A DNA stretch of 64,000 nucleotides from Phoronis australis (Eukaryota > Animalia > Phoronida), in assembly GCA_002633005.1 (NCBI GenBank), contig NMRA01000249.1, positions 502,890 through 566,889 of the forward strand. Reading direction: 5' to 3'. The notes under the pieces are model-generated. The model searched no databases and was not told the origin of the DNA. It was given only the letters and a program-made list of their open reading frames with translations. The position numbers and the translations under genes were made by a program. This document shows positions 54,201 to 64,000 of the stretch, piece by piece; position 1 is the first letter of the stretch, and every line of letters begins with the position of its first letter.

Positions 54201-57200
54201 CATTTCCATCACCGCACTTATCATCCAAACCTGGTTGTTATATTTCATCTCCAAGAGGTGGCAGTTAAGTCAACTCCCAACAGCTGCAAGTACAGTCTTG
54301 ATGAGCAGGTTTGTTAGCCATTCAGCAAAGGTTTCAAACCATTTCTTCATATTAATATACCTACTGTAATCAGATGACTTAATATTTGTAACCAATGTTT
54401 ATCTGTAGAGCTTCTCAATAATAATAATTATTATGAACAATCCTTTGTACCATGTGTTTGAGCTTACACCTCCTAGGAGCGACGCTGATTCCTTTGACGT
54501 TGCCATTAGTTCTAACCATAAGATATTGGAGAGTAAGGGAAATGCCTTTCTGAAAATGTTTTGTTGTTCTGCCTTGGAATAGGGACTGCTTCATGGGAAT
54601 ATAAAGGTTTCTGGCACAGCATACTATGATTTTAATTTGCATTTAAAAGCATCTTCAGTACTGCAGTAAAACTGACTCACATACTGCATACATTTTCATA
54701 CTAGGCAAATCTTGTTTCATTACTTAAAATGTCCGCTTTTGATTTGGAAAACATTATCGCTTACCCTTTAATCATTGCTGTCATCTTGTTTAGGCGTGGA
54801 CTGCAGTGCCAGTGTTCAGTTTGGGTTACGCTGTCTGCGACGTGTTCCAGCTACCACTATTCAAGGGGTCTCCAAACAAGTCCATTCTAAACCAGATCGC
54901 CAAAGAACCATTCAAGCAGTGGTTGAGGAAATCTCTAACTAGTAGGACAGTGAGTTAATCACAAACTCTGCATTACTTAAAACCATTTCATTGAATCTTT
55001 TTGATTTTACAAAAGCTGAATGTTGCACCCAATGTTGAAAACTTAACAGAATATTGGTTTATTTGTCAATGACTAAATGCAAACCGTAATAATTTTTGTT
55101 TTGACAAAATAGAATTTCACTTCTCGACCGTACTGTGTACTAAAGAGGGGAATAATAACCTTGTTAATTATTTTATAATGAAACTGCATAGTAGACTACA
55201 TTACGGCATTCTCCTGTTGAGTCTAATCTGTTCGGTTGTATAGCACAACAACAAGTTGGGCGGATGGCCTCTGTAGCTATCTTACACCCGACTGATTAAC
55301 TCCATTCTGGCATTTATGGTTGGAGAGTCAGTTCTGTATCTTCAAAGGTCTTCAACCGGTTTTCATGAAATTTGGTACATAGACATCTATTAATGAGTTG
55401 ACGCTATCTTCCCATTTTCGATGGATTTTGCGCCATCTAGTGGCCATTTTTACTATTTTTGATTCGTTGTTTTGGCGTCCGCCCCTCTAACAACCAAACC
55501 GCTCTAAGGATGATTGTGAAAATTGGCATGTGTGGTCTTACTATGAAGAATACTGTTGACGATGATTTTCCGATCACTTCGACTGCTGTGGTGCCTCCTA
55601 GTGTCAGTTTTGTTTGTTTTTGCACCCATGGCTGTATCTTTATTAAATTTAGCAAATGTATATAAAGTTGACAACAGACGTCGATGACGTTCGGACAGAT
55701 CGGTCTACCAGTGTGCCCCCTAGTGGCAATTTTAGTGTTTTATGTTTATCACTGTATTCTTTAAGGTACTCAACAGATTTACTTAAAATTTGGCACATAG
55801 ACATCCATTTAATTTAGTGAGTTGACGCTAGCCATTCACCTTTGGATTGATTCATGGTGTTTTTGCCACCTAGTGGCCATTTTTGTTGTTTTTGGGTCTG
55901 TTTTGTGGTGTTCGTGCCTCTGTCAACCAAACCACTCTAAAGATGATTGTGAAAGTTGGCATGTATGTACTTTCTATGAAGGGGACAATTGCTGATGATT
56001 TTCTGATGACCTCGACTACTGGGGCACCTCCTGGTGGCGGTTTTGTTTTATTTGCAACCCTACCTGTATCTCCTAAGCCCTCTGCAGGATCTTTATTAAA
56101 TTTATCACGTGTATTTATATGAAGTTAACAAGAGAAGATGACAACTTTTAGACTGATCCGATGAACACTGTACCCCCTAGTGGCAATTTTGTTTTTTTTT
56201 CCTCTGTTTCTCTGAATTTTCTCGGCGAATTTTAAGTAAAGTTGGTGAATGGCTTTCTTTTAAAGAAACGGTGACATTTTTTTCTTTGGTTTTCAGACAG
56301 ATTCAATGTATTTTGCACCATCTAGTGGCCATTTTAATGACACAAATAAACAACCCTAAAAGCATACCATTCACGATGCTCTTGTTTAAATTTCAAATTA
56401 AACCCTATGTTACTTATAGCTGTAACACTCCCACTTTTCAATCCTTTTCAGATTCATCTGGTTGATGGCGCGTCCATATTTGTGCGTGTCTGCGATGGGC
56501 GCCGTGACGATGAGCTGACACCAAATGCTCTCCAGAAAAATGTGGTGAGTTGTTAAAAGAACTTACAGTGTGTTCTTAGGTTCTTGTGGACCCCAAATTG
56601 TGGCAGTTTTATAGAGCATTAAGTGAATTAGACAAACTTTGATTTTAGTACATCGAAGTAATGAGTGTCTCCAATACAAATGTAAAAAGGAAGAGATTGC
56701 CTGTGAGATAAAGAGGCTAAACAATCATTTCAGGATGTTTTTTTCTGAATTTAATTATAGCAGAAATTCTGTATCAATGAGGAAAAATAACTAACACCAT
56801 TAGAAAAGGCGGGCCTTTGTCCAGAAAATGTGGTGTGTTTCTAGGTTTTTATGCCTTAAAATAACTGTGCATATTAAATGTGTTTTGAAAATGCTGACTT
56901 CGACAACGCTACTAAAATTTTCCACACGCATGTCCCAGTGTACCATTGTTATATAAATGGCACTGTTATCAAATATAGTTTCATTCGGTTTTTGAAATGT
57001 TACTGGCAGCTTCCAAAATCTACGCCACTTTTTTGGCCACATGATAAATATTAAAGGTGCACCTGTAATATCTGTGGTATGCTTGAAACGTATTCAAAAG
57101 AATGCTATTTACTGATAAAATGTCACTTTCATGTCACATCTTTGCAATGCAGTTGGTATGTTAAGAAAACACGTGGTAAAGAAATAACCAAGTATAGAAT

Positions 57201-58841
57201 CTCAATTTAAAAGGTCACATATTTTCACAAACCTTATGCCCAGGGTTTCTCCTGGTAAGAACTGTTTTTTGTGTGGCTAAAACATGACTATACAAAGTTA
57301 CCACAGTTGCCGTAAATTTCGCTAGAAGCATAGGTCACACTTGCTGATTTAGCAGACTTTGAAAGTAGTTTTTAAATTTTCATCCAAGAGAGTTGTCAAG
57401 GGTTACAAAGCATTATTTTGCTTCAGATAACTGGATGTGAAAGTTGTTTTTAGTATCTGCTAATAGGCCAAAACCGGGTTTGGTATCCTTTTAACGTTAA
57501 TGGCTTCAGCTTGAAAAGCGACACTGGTTTGAGGCGACATGTAGATTAGAAATACATTGTACTTATTAATCTAAAGCTACCTGTCATAGAAAACCTTGGC
57601 TAACTAATTGGATTCCTATGAAACTTTCAGAGGAGTTATGCAATGTTCCCCAAAAGCTGTGATGAACTGTTTTTAGAATGCTGCACTTATGTACATATAT
57701 GAGTGGCAGTTAAAAAGTAGGACTTTTTATTTTCATGGAAAATGTCTATCGTAGGATAAAACGAAAATGAAATAATTTTAGAAAACTGTTAACACTCACA
57801 GTGTTTCTGAGATCTCATCTTAAATATTTGTATCAAATAAAAGTTGACTCTTTGTTCATACCATTGTTTTGCTATCGATGTACCTTCATTTTTGCCAAAT
57901 TTCACTGAAAATACGTAGTCGTGTGACCCAATGTAATGGCAGATTGATAAAAACAAACTCTACTCTCTTTCTGCTCATGTTAAATGCAAAGTTTTGTGGA
58001 TATAATGATGTAATATATGACTTAGTAATGTGCAAATTTGTCAATAAGGTCCTACATATCCTCAAAATAGGAAATGCTGGGATTCATTAACAATTCTGAT
58101 AGTTATGACAGAGGACGCAAGACACTTCAGCGATCTACACTATGCATTTAGGTATTTCAGTTTGCCAGACTACGTGTCGACCAACTGAGTCTTTAGTAAC
58201 ATTTGTCTTGCACTGTTGCTGTGGTTACAGATCATGTTAAACACAGACTACATCCCAGAAGAGTTAGATAGTCTGTATTCAAAAGAAGTCCCTGGCACTC
58301 CTCTGTCTCGGCTCGTACCCCCTGGCAAAACAGTTCATGAGATGTCTAGCACGCTCCCTAGCAAAATGAAGTCAGTAAGTAGTCGGTCTGCAGACTGTCT
58401 CCTATTTGCATAAAGTCTGGTGATTTCGCAAGTTAATGAGCGAAATGCTTTTCTTGAACCGGTTCCACGTAAAATCAACCTACCAACTTGTGAAGTCCGG
58501 GAGACTCCCTTTTAGAGAGAGAGAAATCAAACATGCTGTATTTATCTTCATACACACCGTAACCTGTATTGTGAAATTGGCGTTGTTGATTGAAATTCCA
58601 GGACAAGCTCTATCTATCTCACTAACTGTAGCGTGTGTGTTGTTTGTTCATTTGCTTGTTTGTTATTGGGTGTCCTGTGTATTTGGAAGTTCGCTTAACG
58701 TTATTCATACCTATTGAGTAAATGCTATGCATGCATCGTGTATAATAAATCTTTGCTTCGTTTATGCCAATGTCTCTAGTGTGCTGTGTTTTTTCCTTTT
58801 AGCTTGTTTATAAGTTGTACCAAGATGGCCATTATGGGTGA
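24259..58841 (+). CDS. CCDC17: Coiled-coil domain-containing protein 17-like, long invertebrate form (about 1404 aa, 29 coding exons): C2HC zinc finger, coiled coils, multiple C2-like domains
   Basis: join(24259-24441,27280-27312,29190-29339,35319-35451,35885-36038,36714-36791,37217-37347,38046-38165,38782-38963,39688-39827,40242-40445,41319-41532,41969-42079,43429-43517,46412-46568,46784-47072,48249-48487,48938-49054,49250-49402,49965-50084,50702-50875,51748-51981,52573-52746,53661-53756,54201-54308,54794-54949,56452-56544,58231-58374,58803-58841) = 4215 nt. All GT-AG, with an open frame throughout. Segments recognisable from vertebrate CCDC17: CRDCFMSFNSPDLLRKHRTKFCVG, AEISAMRQSYLQNGGND, IELENQNLQRELL, PAPYDPNAGFVIFYDF, AWCKIDLFD..SGRWRVPFR, AELFYRVVNHRDA..HQYPP. 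An in-frame TGA upstream supports ATG 24259. The 29190 acceptor is weak, and small exons between 27.3 and 35.3 kb may have been missed. Confidence 0.9.
24490..24913. mobile_element. Degenerate MITE with internal sub-repeats in CCDC17 intron 1
   Basis: Ends AGTCCTGTTTAGACATTA / TAATGTAAACGGCACT are inverted-similar. TGACACAGAGCAA and GTTTA(G/C)ACA recur internally. Confidence 0.4.
28673..28778. repeat. Imperfect inverted repeat (46-bp arms, 14-nt loop)
   Basis: Left arm GATCAAGCTTATGCAATTCCATGTCATAGTGTGTGACCTGAAATTC; reverse complement of right arm GATCAAGCTCATGCAATTCCAGGTCACACTGTGTGATTTGGAATTC. Confidence 0.85.
33076..33359. repeat. Minisatellite, 5 x 56 bp
   Basis: Unit TGATAGTAACGTTATTCACAACCTGAGGGTTTGTTCTTAAATATACTAGAGGAACC starts at 33076, 33132, 33188, 33244 and 33300. 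Copy 3 has one substitution. Confidence 0.98.
49872..49943. repeat. 31-bp tandem duplication (about 2.3 copies) just upstream of an acceptor
   Basis: TTAATTATTACA(C/G)CCTACATACTATGTTACA at 49872 and 49903. Confidence 0.9.
55350..56335. repeat. Diverged tandem repeat (~430 bp unit, about 2.3 copies), probably transposon-derived, rich in CC(A/C)(C/T)CTAGTGG motifs
   Basis: AAATTTGG(T/C)ACATAGACATC..GAGTTGACGCTA..CTAGTGGCCATTTTT..CTCTAA(G/A)GATGATTGTGAAA(A/G)TTGGCATGT recurs at about 55368 and 55786, and partially near 56230. Confidence 0.8.
57333..57494 (-). mobile_element. Second copy of the TTAA-terminated element end, in a CCDC17 intron
   Basis: Reverse complement TTAAAAGGATACCAAACCCGGTTTTGGCC...AAGTCTGCTAA is homologous to 12518-12685. 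Confidence 0.6.
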
Positions 58842-60316
58842 TGTTTCGCTACCATGACAACACAGTGGGACTGGAGGCAGGATGTATTATCAGCTTATCT
58901 ACGCTAGAATGACAGAGCTAAATAGTCTGATGGCATGCAGTAATTATACTACACAATACCTTGTTTGTGTGGCATAACCAGTCTAAAGGTCCATTTTAAA
59001 GAGTCTCCCTGTATAAATAGTACCATTTCACCATTCATGTTTAAGTTTTTATGTCAGGAAATGTCCAATTATTGGACCAGCATACTCTTATACCACTGAA
59101 AAACGTCACCTTTTGCACTGTGTAAAAACGGCTTGTTCTTGTCACAACTTACAGTTATTTAAATCATCACGGTGACCAGTTCCAACTGTTACCAATCTTA
59201 TTCAGTGGTCCTGAGTGTCCTTTATACCTCTTTTGCACCTGATGATACGGTATCAGTACCGTCAACGCTGCTCTTTGTGTTATCAAATCTACCATTCCGA
59301 ACAGCTCTACTCAACCATTACTTTGAGGTCATAGACATGTTTGGATATGTTTTCCCCAATGCCCTGTCTGTTGTGGGGACAACTTTTGTATGCACTGATT
59401 AGTACATGTAATGGACCATTCCAACTAAGCCAGTCAGCTAGGTTAAGTTCACCTGTGTTACTCTTGTGAGAATCCCATCAGCACAAACTCATTATGCTGG
59501 AAATCCTTTGCAAGCCTGCTGTTATAACATAATCTGTGCCATGTATTTGTGATCATATTTCACCAGCTAAGTGTTGAGCAGTCCTATACAACCATGTTAT
59601 CAAATTAAGTCCTGGGGAAGTAAACATATAATGCTGGTAGTGGCATGTGTAAGATGTCAAGCGTTTGAACTCAGTTATAGAGTAGGCCATCTTATTTAGA
59701 CTCTTAACATTCATTCACAGCTGTATTATCGATTGAAACACTAGTACCAGTTAGTTGTTTTACTTGTGTTGATGGACAAGACTAAAGTCTCTTGTAAGCT
59801 TTTTCATGAGGCAAATGATTGTGGGAAAACTACTATGTGCAGTGTGTCTATTGGTGTTCTAGTGTTAGTTATAAGAATCTGACTGTGGTTGTCCCGTGGC
59901 CAGTTTTCCATGAGTCACATTGCCCTGTTGCCCACATGTGGTCTATGCGTTAAATTAATTCACATTAGGAACTGTTTTTAAAATGGAATTGAAATAATAT
60001 TTTGTGATATGTTATGCAGCAGAATTGCTTTCACTTTGTGCTATCCAGATGTATATATAACTGATCATGAAATTTATTCCACGCTTTTATAAGCGGCAGC
60101 CATTTTTCCTTGTTCATTTGCCCTGTATTGTTGATCTGCATTTTGCAAGTGTCCCAAGCCCATCATATAACCATCCTTACACGCCACTTGGACAAGGGTT
60201 GGGAATTATCGTTGTATTTACATGATTTATGTTGTATTTATTGTTCTTGTATCTTATCAGTTTTAAGGTATTTATGATCATTTCATTTTATTCTTGGGTA
60301 ATTTACTTTATGCTCG

Positions 60317-60322
60317 AATAAA
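60317..60322 (+). terminator. Polyadenylation signal of the CCDC17-like gene
   Basis: AATAAA about 1.5 kb after the stop codon, preceded by a U-rich tract and followed by GU-rich sequence. CpG-rich sequence resumes shortly after. Confidence 0.5.
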
Positions 60323-61277
60323 AGGTATTTATTGGGATGTCTTATTTTGTTGTTCGGTGACCATTGTGTATGACACTCTTCAGTAGTATTCCAAGGCATG
60401 ACGTTATTGACCTGTAATCTTATCATTTGATGGAATTAAAATTAGTTTGCTTCAAACATGTGGAGTTCCTAATGGACACCTTATGTTATAGCGTCCGCTT
60501 CAGTGGAGCGGGTGCAGTCACACATGTATGTGCGTTTATGCTGATCATGTCATTATCAGCATTTCCTTACCAAGAATGACTCTGAAAGCAGTCAGTTCCC
60601 TGTACTTTGTATTCCTGATTAGGGGTCAAAGACCATCATTATTTACCAACACAGAACGCAATGAGGCTTCTCTAACCGAAGCACGTGACTTGATGTGGTG
60701 GGTGAGTCCGTGTAATTTAACTGAGACAGCGGGTTACTGGTATGCTTTCTTGTCAAGTGTTTGGATGGTCTAAAACTGCAAAGGTAATATCAATAGAAAG
60801 TATCGAGAAACAATGTTGGTCATGCCATGATAATGTTCCCCCTGTCACAAGAGGATAGCGGACTATCAAAATTTTACTTGACAAACTTTTTGCATTGGGA
60901 TATGACAATTTCTTTATGAATTTCGTCAAATTTCGCAGGACTAATCCCGGGAAAATTATTCGTGTGGTAACTTGTTTAAACAGTGACTGCTCTTGACCAC
61001 CGAGTTGCAGTATTGCAGCAGCATGTATTGTGGCACTTGAATAATTAACGAGCTGGCGTCAAGGCTGCCAATATTTAGGGGCCACAGAAGCTAGTTGCTA
61101 GTTTTGTGATTGTATGGGCAACAAAGTAGTGGAAATAATTCCTGAATAATTAGTTCAGCTGTGAAATTTCAGGGATTTCGAGATCATTATAAACGCCACT
61201 GACTAATAATTCCGGTGTAAACCCTCTGCAGCTCATGGAAATAGGGCAGGTAGTCAAGTACGACGAATAACTATAGA

Positions 61278-62797
61278 CTTCTTCTTCAGCGTTCCCGGCC
61301 ATGTAGCATAGATAGTCTGGTCTTTTGGGTGAAGTCTGCAGTTCGCCGCAATGATGCCGTCGGGCCCCACAGTTTTACCTTGAATTCCACCGAACTGGGC
61401 CATGTCTGGCGCCTTAGGGAATCAAACGTAGGGCAGCTCTGCAATAAATGCTCAGGTGTCTGGGGGCCAGTGCCACAGGGGCACTCGTCTGTGTGAAAAA
61501 TTTTCAGGCGATGCATGTGGGAGAGCATCTGGCAGTGGCCGGCTCTTAAGCCTGAAGATAGTGACTTGTTCCTGCCGGTCAAGCTGGTGGATAAAGTCTT
61601 CTTCAGTCCCCAGATGTAGGCGTGCCCTCCAGGCATTTCTAAAGTGACTTCATTGGAGGGTTTTTATTTCTCCATATGATGATGGGTGCGACATCTGCTC
61701 CAGTTTGCGTCCTGCCTTGGAGAGTCTGTCTGCTTTCTCGTTGCCGCTGATGCCGCAGTGGGAGGGAATCCATTGCAGCACAACATTGGTTTTGCTGCTG
61801 AGAATGTGCATCTCTTGTTTGATGGATTGCAGAATCTGGTCTCTCTCTGTTGTCTGGAGGCTCTGCAGAAGAGATCGGCAGTCTGTGAGGAAGACTGTCT
61901 GATCCGGGAGCCTTGTTTGCTGGTTGAGTATCTGGGCTGCGAGGTATAGGGCATTTGCCTCAGCTCTGTAGTTGTTTGAGTGAAGGCCCGTGGCAATAGA
62001 CTTGTGCATAGTGCTGCCGTCTGGGTATTTGATGAATTCCCCACCTTCCCCATTTCTGACAGCATTCTCTGCAGAGCCATCTGTATAAACTCGGGTCCAG
62101 ATGGTGGTAGGGTAGTCTCTGTGTAGGGTTTCTAGGGCGAGGGCCTTCAGGACTGCATCCAGTTTGTGTATGCTTTGCTTCAATCCAAGGGATGTCGAGA
62201 ATGATGTGGGGAACGTCCAGGGACCATTCTTCAAAGTCTTGGAGCATTTCTAGTGGTTGGTTGATTGAGGATAGCAGAGTTTGATGTTTCTGTTGAAGTG
62301 CCTTGATGAGATGGTTTGAGCTCTGCCTCTTGATGCGATTTTTGGTCGGGGGTTGGAGTTTGGAGTGCAGTGGATGTTATGGAAGCCGCTTCATCTTTTC
62401 GCCCTGTCTCGGGAGTTTCTCATCCCGTCTTTCTTCCAGTGAGCTTAAGCTTGCCGTCTTCTCCATGGCCGTGATGGGGGTGGTCTTCATGCCACCTGTG
62501 ATTAAGCGCAGACCAGTATTCTGGACCCTGGCTAAGTTGTCTGTGTTGGTTTTGGCAGCTGTAGACCATGCGTTAGAGGAATACTCCACCTGGGGTCTGA
62601 CAGATCCCCGGTGTACATGTAAACTTGGGTCAAGATCTTCATGTTTGCACCCCAACTGGTACCAGCAAGTTTCTTGATCACAGCAATTTTCCTAGTAGCT
62701 TTGCTGCGCATGGCAGCAATGTGAGGGGACCCCGTAAGTCTCTTGTCCAGTTTAGCCCCAAGGTAGATTGGGGTTTCTTGGTGGGGAATATTCTGGC
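61278..62797 (-). mobile_element. 5'-truncated, frameshifted non-LTR retrotransposon (I group, Ingi/Nimb-like): RT C-terminus, RNase H, C-terminal CCHC finger
   Basis: Minus strand encodes PIYLGAKLDKRLT..KKLAGTSWGA..VRPQVEYSS..VQNTGLRLITGG (RT end/thumb), YTDGS..NYRAEANA..FLTDCRS..QWIPSHCGISGNEKADRLSK (RNase H) and CPCGTGPQTPEHLLQSC (Zn knuckle). It has a (GAA)n 3' tail at 61278-61287. Candidate TSD CTATAG at 61271-61276 and 62798-62803. Confidence 0.92.
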
Positions 62798-63319
62798 CTA
62801 TAGGCGAAACGATAACGTTTCCTGTGAGCTAGTAATATGAACGATACCAGTACAGGAACGTACAATTGTAGACTGGGCAAAACTAAGGGACGTCGGTCGA
62901 CACGAAGCGGTGCTTGGCAGAATGGAATGGCTGCGCTTTCCCCGCGTAAAAACACTAACAACAAATAAACTGAAACGAATCCAGTAAACCTGAGTAGGGA
63001 AAACAGTGGTTATACGAGTTCGTCAGTTATAAGAACGCAATCTTTTAAATATGGGGAAGGTGGAGAGAACATGAGAGTCGGCAACGGGGGCGCTGACATC
63101 TGCGAGAGCTTACTGCGTTGAGTGTATCGTAGGGCTCGTCTTCTTCACGTTTAGAACCAGCAGCATCAACCAGAGGCAGCGATTAAGGCCCGAGGAACAG
63201 AAAAAAGTTGAGAACTAGGAGGCGACGTGTGCGACAAAAATAGCGGGTGCATGGGGCAAGAGCCGGTAGTGTAACGTCGTTGCATAGGAACATGCGGTGG
63301 AAACTGTCATGGGTCATTC

Positions 63320-63447
63320 CAGTGGCGGATTTAGAGGGGGACTAAGGTGGCCATGGCCTCCCCTAAAACCCCCAGATTCCATTTGGGTGTTCGGGGGTGC
63401 GCCGTCCGACGGGCAAAATCTTGGCTAATACTCTGCTCTGGCCCCCC
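63320..63447 (+). mobile_element. MITE of the CAGTGGCGGAT family
   Basis: CAGTGGCGGATTTAGAGGGGG..GGCCATGGCC..CCCAGATTCCATTTG..GGGCAAAATCTTGGCTAATACTCTGC. Confidence 0.7.
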
Positions 63448-64000
63448 TTTCGTGATGATTTTTGACAGCTTAACCAAAAAGGTACTTGAAACGTTATTCA
63501 TTTAATTAAAAAGGATTAGTATCGCATTGTGGAATAAATTGGATCCTCAAGTGATCATACCGAAAACATCTTGTTAAGAAGTGAAATTGTGAATTGGTGA
63601 ACAGACACCCCAGCCCATGCTGCTTTGTCACAACCTCCCGCTACACAGCGGTCTGGAATTCCTCTTCAAATCCCAACGCCAGTTTAATAAAAAATATGTT
63701 GAAAAGTGAAAAAACACTAGAACTTCCGGCACATAACAGTGGAGATACAACTGTACTCGACCGACTCGGCATTGCTTGGGATACGTCTCGCTGATTTGAC
63801 ATAGTAAATGAAGATAGCCGAAGTTAACATTTTCTTGTTCTCAGAATTTTGTGGGGAAATGAAAGCATTTTTAAAAGAAATATTTACGAAATGCGGTATG
63901 AAAAAGGCAAAAATATTGTTCATAAGTAATCTTTATCAATCGTCAAGACATGTGTAGTCATATTAATAATAACAAATTAGCTTTCAACTTATTACTTTTT

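Noticed and set aside
63560-63800. Possible minus-strand exon near the window end
   Set aside because: The frames examined hit stops and no protein motif was recognised.

Overview
Intron-rich, AT-rich animal genomic DNA from an invertebrate; the repeat style suggests a marine lophotrochozoan, but the sequence does not establish the taxon. Almost all ORF-track entries are spurious, so genes were rebuilt by hand from GT-AG splice sites and reading-frame phase. Three + strand genes were found. (1) The 3' 11 exons of an SLC6 Na+/Cl- amino-acid transporter (1438-12489); its 5' part lies upstream of the window. (2) A small gene with three coding exons, for a 149-aa secreted protein I do not recognise (16150-18568; signal peptide, RHSR furin-type site, beta-rich mature part). 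(3) A 29-coding-exon CCDC17-family gene (24259-58841, about 1404 aa) with a Zn finger, coiled coils and apparently four tandem C2-like modules, plus an in-frame stop at one donor that would give a ~641-aa short form. The window also holds a 508-N gap, a duplication-flanked ~960 bp templated insertion in the CCDC17 5' UTR, an IS3EU-like element with a 6-bp TSD and several MITEs. Other features are a 5x56-bp minisatellite, a repeat rich in CTCF-like motifs, a 5'-truncated RNase H LINE, and a sharp shift in CpG and TACATGTA density.
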